NCBI RefSeq assembly: GCF_028641065.1
Contig: NC_073386.1
Coordinates: forward strand, 55,180,001-55,244,000
Direction of reading: 5' to 3'
DNA: 64,000 bases
Origin: Leucoraja erinacea
Taxonomy: Eukaryota
Shown here: in pieces, positions 51,701 to 60,770 of the stretch
How the letters are laid out: every line of letters starts with the position of its first letter
Numbering within the stretch: the first letter of the stretch is position 1
Translations under genes and position numbers: made by a program
The notes under the pieces: model-generated
The model's input: the letters and a program-made list of their open reading frames with translations, nothing else
Told to the model about the DNA's origin: nothing
Databases searched by the model: none

Positions 51701-54700
51701 CAATTTGTTTTTCTTCATCATTACAACTAATTGGTTTTCCTCACATTGCTCTTTGTGAGAATGTGCTGCACCACATTTCGTTGCTTCACATGTTAAAGGC
51801 ACTTTATTGGTGATAAAGTGTTTGCGTAGACCTGAATGGTATGAATGTTCCCCCATAAATCCAAATCATTCTTTCCCCCCCTCGTGATAATTCAAGTGAA
51901 AATACTTTTCACATTCAGTTCCTGTAAATTTCTCATTAATTTCCATACAAACCTTGAACCTGGAGTTTGGTGATGTTGATCTGCTTCCCCAGAGCATTAG
52001 TGGCCTCACATTGATACAGCCCTGCATCAGCTGGCTGGACATCACGGATTGTCAATGTCCCATTCTCAGAGTCTAGCTCGCTCCATCCGCTCGATGACTG
52101 CCTCCTCAGTACAAGTTGGGCAGGGGGGTTGGACTGGGTTGTGCAGCTGAATGTGACCCTGTCTCCTTCCTTCACAGCAGAGGGGGTGATGGAGAGAGTG
52201 GTGTCCCTGGGGCTACCTGAGATCAGAGGCGTGAGAAATTAATGAATTGCAAAATGTTTAGACAAATCCGTGCAAAGAAACATAGTTATAGTCATAAAGT
52301 GATACAGTGTGGAAACGGGTCTTTCGGCTCAACTTGCCCACACCAGCCATCATGTCCCAGCTACACTAGTCCCGCCTGCCCCTGTTTGGTCCATGTCCCT
52401 CCAAACCTGTCCAACTGTTTCTTAAAAGTTGGGATAGTCCCATCCTCAATGACCTCCTCTAGCAGCTTGTTCCATACACCCACCACTCTTGTTTAAAAAA
52501 AGTTACCCCTCAGATTCCTATTAAGTCTTTTCCCCGACACATTAAACCTATGTTCTCTGGTCCTTGATTCACCTACTCTGGGCAAGAGACTCTATACATC
52601 TACCTGATCTATTCATATCATTATGTCTATTAATGATTGTTACAATCATATATTATTGCAATGTATAATAATCACCATGACTTGTCAGCTCAAGTTTCTG
52701 TTCAAGGAATTAGGCACAAAAAGCTAGAAAGTCTCTCCAGTCCTGTGCCAAAGGATGGCAGCAGTTAGTTACACTTTCACATACGTTGTTAAATTAAAAC
52801 CTCCTCTAGTTGACATAAAAGATTCGGTAATACAATTCTAAATTTAACGTGCCAGAGTTCTGCCCAGTTTATTCCTGCATCCTGGTCAATATTTATCACT
52901 AAACCAACATCAGTCTGAAGAAGGATCCCAACTTGAAACGTTACCCATCCATGTTCTCCAGGGATGTTACCTGACAAACTGAGTTACTCCAGAACTTTTT
53001 GTCTTTTTGTTGTTGTAAATCAACATATACAATTTTTTTTTTCCATCATTACAACTAATTGGTTTTCCTCACATTGCTCTTTGTGAGAATGTGCTGCACC
53101 ACATTTCATTGCTTCACATGTCAAAGGCACTTTATTGGTGATAAAGTGTTTGCGTAGTCCTGAATGGTATGAATGTTCCCCCATAAATCCAAATCATTCT
53201 AGTAATAATTCAAGTGAAAATACTTTTTACATTCAGTTCCTTGAAATTTCTCATTAATTTCCACACAAACCTTGAACCTGGAGTTTGGTGATGTTGATCT
53301 GCTTCCCCAGAGCATTAGTGGCCTCACATTGATACAGCCCTGCATCAGCTGGCTGGACATCATGTATTGTCAATGTCCCATTCTCAGAGTCTAGCTCGCT
53401 CCATCCACTCGATGACTGCCTCTTCAGTACAAGCTGGGCAGGGGGGTTGGACTGGGTTGTGCAGCTGAACGTGATATTGTCTCCTTCCTTCACAGCAGAG
53501 GGGGTGATGGAGAGAGTGGTGTCCCTGGGGCTACCTGAAACCAGAGGCGTGAGAAATTAATAAATTGCAAAAAGTTTAGACAAATCCATGCAAAGAAACA
53601 TAGTCATAGTCATAAAGTGATACAGTGTGGAAACGGGTCTTTCGGCTCAACTTGCCCACACCAGCCATCATGTCCCAGCTACACTAGTCCCGCCTGCCCG
53701 TGTTTGGTCCATGTCCCTCCAAACCTGTCCAACTGTTTCTTAAAAGTTGGGATAGTCCCATCCTCAACTACCTCCTCTAGCAGCTTGTTGCATGCACCCA
53801 CCACTCTTTTTAAAAAAAAGTTCGCTCTCAGATTCCTATTAAGTCTTTTCCCCGACACATTAAACCTATGTTCCCTGGTCCTTGATTCACCTACTCTGGG
53901 CAAGAGACTCTATACATCTACCTGATCTATTCATATCATTATGTCTATTAATGATTGTTACAATCATATATTATTGCAATGTATAATAATCACCATGACT
54001 TGTCAGCTCAAGTTTCTGTTCAAGGAATTAGACACAAAAAGCTAGAAATTCTCTCCACTCCTGTGCCAAAGGATGGCAGCAGTTAGTTACACTTTCACAC
54101 ACGTTGTTAAATTAAAACCTCCTCTAGTTGACATAAAAGATTCGGTAACATAATTTTAAATTTAACGTGGCAGAGTTCTGCCCAGTTTATTCCTGCATCC
54201 TGGTCAATATTTATCACTAAACCAACATCAGTCTGAAGAAGGATCCCAACTTGAAACGTTACCCATCCATGTTCTCCAGGGATGTTACCTGACACACTGA
54301 GTTACTCCAGAACTTTGTGTCTTTTTATTGTTGTAAATCAGCATATACAATTTGTTTTTCTCCATCATTACAGCTAATTGGTTTTCCTCACATTGCTCTT
54401 TGTGAGAATGTGCTGCACCACATTTTGTTGCTTCACATGTTAAAGGCACTTTATTGGTGATAAAGTGTTTGCGTAGTCCTGAATGGTATGAATGTTCCCC
54501 CATAAATCCACATCATTCTAGTAATAATTCAAGTGAAAATACTTTTCACATTCAGTTCCTGTAAATGTCTCATTAATTTCCATACAAACCTTGAACCTGG
54601 AGTTTGGTGATGTTGATCTGCTTCCCCAGAGCATTAATGGCCTCACATTGATACAGCCCTGCATCAGCTGGCTGGACATCACGGATTGTCAATGTCCCAT

Positions 54701-57700
54701 TCTCAGAGTCTAGCTCGCTCCATCCGCTCGATGACTGCCTCCTCAGTACAAGGTGGGCAGGGGGGTTGGACTGGGTTGTGCAGATGAACATGACCCTGTC
54801 TCCTTCCTTCACAGCAGAGGGGGTGATGGAGAGAGTGGTGTCCCTGGGGCTACCTGAAACCAGAGGCGTGAGAAATTAATGAATTGCAAAAAGTTGAGCC
54901 AAAACCGTGCGAAAAAACAGTCATAGAGTGATACATTGTGGAAACACGTCTTTCGGCTCAACTTGCCCAAACCAGCCATCATGTCCCAGCTACACTAGTC
55001 CCGCCTGCCCGTGTTTGGTCCATGTCCCTCCAAACCTATCCTATCCATGTACCTGTGTAAGGTACACAGAAATGCTGGAGAAACTCAGCGGGTGCAGCAG
55101 CATCTATGGAGCGAAAGAGATAGGGAACGTTTCGGTCCCAAACCCTTCTTCAGACTGATAGGGGGTGGGAAGAAGAAAGGAAAAAGGAGGAGGGGGAGCC
55201 CGAGGGCTGAGGGAGAGGTACGAAGGGGAGGAGACAGCAAGGGTTAACAGAATTGTGAGAATTCAATGTTCATGCCCCCAGGATGCAGACTCCCCAAGCG
55301 GAATATGAGGTGCTGTTCCTCCAATTTCCGGTGTTGCTCACTCTGGCCAAGGAGGAGGCCCAAGACAGAGAGGTCGGATACGGAATGGGAGGGGGAGTTG
55401 AAGTGTCGAGCCACCGTGAGGTCAGGTTGGTTAATGCGGATCGAGCGGAGGTGTTCGGCGAAACGATCGCCAAGCCTACGCTTGGTCTCACCGATATAGA
55501 TCAGCTGACATCTAGAGCAGCGGATGCAATAGATGGGGTTGGAGGAGGTGCAGGTGAACCTCTGTCGCACCTGGAACGAACTGCTGGGTTCCTTGAATGG
55601 AGTCAAGGGGGGAGCTAAAGCGACAAGTGTAGCATCTCTTGCGGTTTAAGGGAAAGTGCCCGGGGAAGGGGTGGTGTCAGAGTTCTGCCCAGTTTATTCC
55701 TGCATCCTGGTCAATATTTATCACTAAACCAACATCAGTCTGAAGAAGGATCCCAGCTTGAAACGTTACCCATCCATGTTTTCCAGGGATGTTACCTGAC
55801 ACACTGAGTTACTCCAGAACTTTGTGTCTTTTTGTTGTTGTAAATCAGCATATACAATTTGTTTTTCTTCATCATTACAACTAATTGGTTTTCCTCACAT
55901 TGCTCTTTGTGAGAATGTGCTGCACCACATTTCGTTGCTTCACATGTTAAAGGCACTTTATTGGTGATAAAGTGTGTGCGTAGTCCTGAATGGTATGAAT
56001 GTTCCCCCATAAATCCACATCATTCTAGTAATAATTCAAGTGAAAATACTTTTCACATTCAGTTCCTGTAAATTTCTCATTAATTTCCATACAAACCTTG
56101 AACCTGGAGTTTGGTGATGTTGATCTGCTTCCCCAGAGCATTAATGGCCTCACATTGATACAGCCCTGCATCAGCTGGCTGGACATCATGGATTGTCAAT
56201 GTCCCATTCTCAGAGTCTAGCTCGCTCCATCCGCTCGATGACTGCCTCCTCAGTACAAGGTGGGCAGGGGGGTTGGACTGGGTTGTGCAGCTGAACGTGA
56301 CCCTGTCTCCTTCCTTCACAGCAGAGGGGGTGATGGAGAGAGTGGTGTCCCTGGGGCTACCTGAGATCAGAGGCGTGAGAAATTAATGAATTGCAAAATG
56401 TTTAGACAAATCCGTGCAAAGAAACATAGTTATAGTCATAAAGTGATACATTGTGGAAACGGGTCTTTCGGCTCAACTTGCCCACACCAGCCATCATGTC
56501 CCAGCTACACTAGTCCCGCCTGCCCGTGTTTGGTCCATGTCCCTCCAAACCTGTCCAACTGTTTCTTAAAAGTTGGGATAGTCCCATCCTCAACTACCTC
56601 CTCTAGCAGCTTGTTGCATGCACCCACCACTCTTTTTAAAAAAGGTTCGCTCTCAGATTCCTATTAAGTCTTTTCCCCGACACATTAAACCTATGTTCTC
56701 TGGTCCTTGATTCACCTACTCTGGGCAAGAGACTCTATACATCTACCTGATCTATTCATATCATTATGTCTATTAATGATTGTTACAATCATATATTATT
56801 GCAATGTATAATAATCACCATGACTTGTCAGCTCAAGTTTCGGTTCAAGGAATTAGGCACAAAAAGCTAGAAATTCTCTCCACTCCTGTGCCAAAGGATG
56901 GCAGCAGTTAGTTACACTTTCACACACGTTGTTAAATTAAATTGGATTGGTTAGTGCGGAACGAGCGGAGGTGTTCGGCAAAACGATCGCCAAGCCTACG
57001 CTTGGTCTCACCAATATAGATCAGCTGACATCTAGAGCATTTGGAGGAGGTGCAAGTGAACCTCTATCGCACCTGGAACGACTGCTTGGGTCCTTGAATT
57101 GAGTCAAGGGGGGAGGTAAAGCGACAAGTGTAGCATCTCTTGCGGTTGCAAGGGAAAGTACCTGGGGAAGGGGTGGAGTGGGGGGAAGGGAAGAATTGAC
57201 AAGGGAGTTACGGAGGGAGCAGTCTTTGCGGAAGACCGACGGGGGGGGGGGGAGATGGGAAGATGTGGTGAGTGGTGGGGTCACGTTGGAGGTGGCGAAA
57301 CTGATGGAGGATTATTTGTTGTATGTGCCAGCTAGTGGGGTGAAAGGTGAGGACCAGGGGGACTCTGCCCTTATTGCGAGTGGGAGGGCATGTACCTGCC
57401 CTTAAATGTTGGGATAGTCCCAGCCTCAACTACCATGGATGGTATGAATGTTCCCCCATAAATCCAAATCATTCTTGTCCCCCCTCGTAAGAATTTAAGT
57501 GAAAATACTTTTCACATTCAGTTCCTGTAAATTTCTCATTAATTTCCACACAAACCTTGAACCTGGAGTTTGGTGATGTTGATCTGCTTCCCCAGAGCAT
57601 TAATGGCCTCACATTGATACAGCCCTGCATCAGCTGGCTGGACATCACGGATTGTCAATGTCCCATTCTCAGAGTCTAGCTCGCTCCATCCGCTCGATGA

Positions 57701-60397
57701 CTGCCTCCTCAGTACAAGGTGGGCAGGGGGGTTGGACTGGGTTGTGCAGCTGAACGTGACCCTGTCTCCTTCCTTCACAGCAGAGGGGGTGATGGAGAGA
57801 GTGGTGTCCCTGGGGCTACCTGAAACCAGAGGCGTGAGAAATTAATAAATTGCAAAACGTTGAGCCAAATCCGTGCAAAGAAACATAGTCATAGTCATAA
57901 AGTGATATAGTGTGGAAACAGGCCCTTCGGCCCAACTTGCCCACACCAGCCATCATTTCCCAGCTACACTCGTCCCACCTGCCCGCATTTGGTCCATGTT
58001 CCTCCAAACCCGTCCTATCCATGTACCTGTCTAACTATTTCTTAAATGTTGGGATCGTCCCTGCCTCAGCTACCTCCTCTAGCAGCTTGTTCCATACACC
58101 CACCAACCTTTGTGTGAAAAAGTTACTCCTCAGATTCCTACTAAATCTTTTCCCCTTCACCATAAACCTATGTCTGGTCATCGATGCACCCACTATGGGC
58201 AAAAGACTCTGTGCATCTGCCCCTCACCTGCGCTCCAAGGAATAGAGTCCCAGCCTGCCCAACCTCTCCCTATAGCTCAGACCCTTTAGCCCTAGTGACA
58301 TCCTGGTAAATCTTCTCTCAACCCTTTCCAGCTTGACCACGTCTTTCCTATAACAATGATAGTAAAATTACAATAGTGAAACAAACGCACCTTGAACGTG
58401 GAATTCCACCTCCTTGGTGATTGTCCCCAGTTTATTGCCGGCTTCACAGCGGTACATTCCCGTGTCCCCGAACAGGGCCGGTGACAGGTGCAGAATCGCT
58501 CGGTCCTCGGCCACGACTGACCAGTTGCCGGCGGATAACTTGCTCCACACTATCGTGGCAGCGGGGCTGCTGTCTGCAGCACAGGTTAGCCGAACATCCT
58601 GACCCTCTCTCACTGTGGCAGAGGGCTCTGCAGTAATGTCAATCCCCGTGGGAGCATCTGTAGAAGGAGATGGGATAATTCACTACATTAAAGGCGGGCG
58701 ACTTAAACCATTATCCAGACTGCGTCTATGACTGTGATTCCGTTCTCAATGTTATATCTCTGTCTCCATACTTACAGAGAACCTGTAACGTTAGCGACCC
58801 CTCGGCCTTGCGTGGTTGGTTCTCCGTGAGTAATTGCACTCGGCATGTCAGCTCTTGTCCCGAGTCTCGCAATTCAGCCGTCAGTTCGTAGGTGAAGTTC
58901 ATCGCCGTTTCTTCCTCTGTGTAGTCACGGAAGCTGTCGGTCTTCAGCAATGTTGTTCCTTTCAGCCACTCCACCTCCACTTGAGCGGGGTAGACTTTGG
59001 GGACCGTACATCTCACGGAGCCTCTCTGGCCAACTTCCAGGCTGCCCACAGTCTCCACGATGAGTGTGTCGGACAGAGCTGCAACGACACGTGGATTCAG
59101 GAATCAAACAGGGAATCAGGGTGGAATGTACAGCACCCAAGTTGCCCATCGATTTAGTCAGAGGGTGGTGAATCTGCGGAATTCATCGCCACAGAAGGCT
59201 GTGGAGGCCAAGGCAATGGATATATTTAAGGCAGAAATAGGCAGATTCTTAATTAGTACGGGTGTCAGAGGTTATGGGGAGAAGGCAGGAGAATGGGGTT
59301 AAGAGGGAGAGATGGATTAGCCATGATTGAATGGCGGAGTAAACTCGATGGGCCGAATGGGCGAATTCTGCTCCTGTTATTTATGAACATGATTTGTTAC
59401 CAAACTCTCATTCGATCGGCAAAAGGACAACTTTCATGTCAGAAAACATTCATGAATCTGTTAACTAAAATATTTGTTGAAGACCAAAACAAAGACAATC
59501 GTTGGAAGGCCCTGAATAAAACAGCGTGTGCCGGAAATACTCATCTGGCAGGCAGTATTGGTGGAGAGAAAACAGAGGGAAAACTGCTCTCTTCAGACGC
59601 TGCGCTACAACGAGTGAAATCTCCCCAGAACAATGACCTTTCAGTGGAACAACAGATGCTGGTTTTAACCGAAGATAGACACAAAAAGCTGGAGTAACTC
59701 AGCAGGACAGGTAGTATCTCTGAGAAAGAAGGAACGGTCGAGATTCTGTTTCTCTCTTCGTGGAGGCTGCACGAATAGTTAAGTGTTTCCAGTATTTTTT
59801 TTTTTTTTAACTTTTATGTGGCCGGACAAAGTTGCAACAAGTTTACAGTCGGGAGATGGGTTAATACTCACAGAATATATTGAGGTTGGCATATGTTCGT
59901 TTTACATCTGCGCCGCATTTTGCGGAACAAGTGTACTTGTGTTGGTTCTGAGTAGTAACCGCGGAGATGGTGAACTTGGACACCGAGCCCCGAGTTGTGA
60001 TTGTTCCGCCCAGGGGGTTATCGGTCCCGATTCTCCACGTGAAGGTCGGAGACGAGCAGCTCTTCGCCACACAGTTCAACTCCAGCGAGTCCCCGATACG
60101 AGCCCACACGTTTCTAGACGGGTTTAACTCCAACTTGAAGGCGGATCCTGCAGTTTTGAAACATTACAAAAGCAATATTATTTTTTAAAAGCTTATACGT
60201 TTAACGCTTTAAATATCCACCTCTTTGTTTCTTTAAACAGACAGATACCAAAATTGATACTTTGGTGCCTGATATTTAACACAAAACGAATCCGAAGAAA
60301 ATGCAGATTATTAATGCTGTAAAATAAATGAGAAACCTGTGGCGAGCATCAATGCAAGAGTAATTGTAGCGGCTGTGTCGCATCTGTCTCCAGCCAT
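36624..60397 (-). CDS. VCAM1: VCAM1-like gene copy A (spliced CDS span): signal peptide + D1 + D2 + D3 + 14 tandem D7-like Ig domains + TM/cytoplasmic tail, ~1589 aa
   Basis: 19 exons with GT-AG boundaries, all phase 1, join in frame (61+276+303+267+14x264+167=4770 nt). D1 FKLELNPSRNVWARIGDSLELNC..C..P.FTWR.GTDNPL resembles human VCAM1 D1 (FKIETTPESRYLAQIGDSVSLTC..C..PFFSWRTQIDSPL). D2 has VYP and W/LLKG motifs. Tail KESYNI resembles VCAM1 KGSYSL. Confidence 0.88.
38131..38337 (-). pseudogene. Dead repeat Ig exon R15 (pseudo-exon)
   Basis: Acceptor intact, but there is a +1 nt insertion near 38221 and a deletion removing the second Cys codon, the exon 3' end and the splice donor. Confidence 0.8.
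39420..39683 (-). CDS. VCAM1: Copy A repeat Ig exon R14
   Basis: 264 nt, intact splice sites, ORF 39403..39699. Confidence 0.82.
40843..41106 (-). CDS. VCAM1: Copy A repeat Ig exon R13
   Basis: 264 nt, intact splice sites, ORF 40826..41065. Confidence 0.82.
42178..42441 (-). CDS. VCAM1: Copy A repeat Ig exon R12
   Basis: 264 nt, intact splice sites, ORF 42161..42457. Confidence 0.82.
43529..43792 (-). CDS. VCAM1: Copy A repeat Ig exon R11
   Basis: 264 nt, intact splice sites, ORF 43512..43751. Confidence 0.82.
44876..45139 (-). CDS. VCAM1: Copy A repeat Ig exon R10 (EGDNIT variant)
   Basis: 264 nt, intact splice sites, ORF 44859..45155. Confidence 0.82.
46220..46483 (-). CDS. VCAM1: Copy A repeat Ig exon R9
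   Basis: 264 nt, intact splice sites, ORF 46203..46442. Confidence 0.82.
46688..47301 (-). mobile_element. Penelope-like fragment in R8-R9 intron
   Basis: ORF 46869..47231 GIY-YIG. Confidence 0.88.
47732..47995 (-). CDS. VCAM1: Copy A repeat Ig exon R8 (EGDNIT variant)
   Basis: 264 nt, intact splice sites, ORF 47715..48011. Confidence 0.82.
49087..49350 (-). CDS. VCAM1: Copy A repeat Ig exon R7
   Basis: 264 nt, intact splice sites, ORF 49070..49366. Confidence 0.82.
50431..50694 (-). CDS. VCAM1: Copy A repeat Ig exon R6
   Basis: 264 nt, intact splice sites, ORF 50414..50653. Confidence 0.82.
50908..51525 (-). mobile_element. Penelope-like fragment in R5-R6 intron
   Basis: ORF 51093..51455 GIY-YIG. 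Confidence 0.88.
51953..52216 (-). CDS. VCAM1: Copy A repeat Ig exon R5
   Basis: 264 nt, intact splice sites, ORF 51936..52175. Confidence 0.82.
53271..53534 (-). CDS. VCAM1: Copy A repeat Ig exon R4 (EGDNIT variant)
   Basis: 264 nt, intact splice sites, ORF 53254..53493. Confidence 0.82.
54590..54853 (-). CDS. VCAM1: Copy A repeat Ig exon R3
   Basis: 264 nt, intact splice sites, ORF 54573..54812. Confidence 0.82.
55059..55676 (-). mobile_element. Penelope-like fragment in R2-R3 intron
   Basis: ORF 55244..55606 GIY-YIG. Confidence 0.88.
56097..56360 (-). CDS. VCAM1: Copy A repeat Ig exon R2
   Basis: 264 nt, intact splice sites, ORF 56080..56319. Confidence 0.82.
56945..57387 (-). mobile_element. 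Penelope-like fragment in R1-R2 intron
   Basis: Matches 17790-18244; VPLVLTFHP motif. Confidence 0.8.
57556..57819 (-). CDS. VCAM1: Copy A repeat Ig exon R1 (88 aa, D7-like)
   Basis: TTTCAG|GTAGCC...CAAG|GTTTGT, 264 nt, open frame, DAGLYQC. Confidence 0.88.
58391..58657 (-). CDS. VCAM1: Copy A exon 4, Ig domain D3
   Basis: CTACAG| ... |GTGCGT, 267 nt; EGQDVRLTC..P.ATIVWSK...DTGMYRCEAGNKLG...KEVEFHVQ. Confidence 0.92.
58776..59078 (-). CDS. VCAM1: Copy A exon 3, Ig domain D2
   Basis: TTGCAG| ... |GTAAGT, 303 nt; GSLEVGQRGSVRCTVPKVYP...WLKG...DSGQELTCRVQL resembles VCAM1 D2. Confidence 0.92.
59150..59385 (+). mobile_element. CR1 3' fragment in copy A intron 2
   Basis: FSQRVVNLRNSSPQKAVEA; region absent from copy B. 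Confidence 0.7.
59872..60147 (-). CDS. VCAM1: Copy A exon 2, Ig domain D1 (integrin-binding type, GTDNPL loop)
   Basis: acceptor CTGCAG|, donor |GTGAGT, 276 nt, 4-Cys pattern CxxxxC...CxxxC typical of VCAM/ICAM/MAdCAM D1; ORF 59861..60133. Confidence 0.92.
60337..60397 (-). CDS. VCAM1: Copy A exon 1, signal peptide MAGDRCDTAATITLALMLAT(G)
   Basis: ACCATGG Kozak start, hydrophobic stretch, donor CAG|GTTTCT, 61 nt (phase 1), ~105 nt downstream of TATAAA. Confidence 0.85.
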
Positions 60398-60438
60398 GGT
60401 TCAGCGGCACTCGGACACACACACACATAAGCCGAGGT

Positions 60439-60611
60439 TGATTTCACTTCTGCAAGGGGCGTCAGGCTCTGGAGCTGTGAGCCTGGGCTCCGCCGCCCCG
60501 CTTTATAACCCCGTCTGGAAGAGCAGGGAACTTCCCTTGGCTTCAGGCGAGCAATCCCCACCACGCACCGCTCACTGGCTCCTGGTCTTTCTCTGCTGAG
60601 GGGAATTTACC
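60439..60611 (-). promoter_or_regulatory. Copy A promoter: TATAAA (60502-60507), NF-kB-like sites GGGAACTTCCC (60526-60536) and GGGAATTTACC (60601-60611), IRF-like GAAGTGAAA (60442-60450)
   Basis: Motifs read directly; mammalian VCAM1 promoters are known to use tandem kB sites, a TATA box and an IRF-1 site. Confidence 0.7.
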
Positions 60612-60770
60612 ACAAAGGGCACCGCAGTTTAAATAAACACAAGTTTCCCAATTCCATATCTTGCAGATCATAACCAGACACTTATGGAAGCGCAGAATCA
60701 CGTAATCTTTTTTAAATGCATTTTACGCACGAACAAGAGCCACTCGGCCCATTGAGTTCGTGCCAGCACA

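Larger units (their letters stand above)
38131..57819 (-). repeat. Intragenic tandem array of 15 exon+intron units (~1.3-1.5 kb each)
   Basis: Exon, CR1 3' fragment and intron sequence recur near-identically; the ORF track repeats with the same period. Confidence 0.95.

Noticed and set aside
38487-56010. Recurrent small ORFs (MGEHSYHSG.., MSGNIPGEHG.., MPRVGESRTREH..)
   Set aside because: Intronic and CR1-derived sequence copied with the tandem unit; broken in several units
39403-57819. Cluster of separate single-Ig genes, or V-segment/Dscam-like diversity array
   Set aside because: No leaders, promoters or recombination signal sequences seen per unit; copies too similar to supply diversity; all lie between D3 and one TM exon. 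Mutually exclusive splicing is not formally excluded.
36624-60397. Assignment as Siglec/CD22, CEACAM, hemicentin or MAdCAM1
   Set aside because: 4-Cys D1, D2 VYP motif and KESYNI tail fit VCAM1; no V-set domain, ITIM or mucin stalk seen
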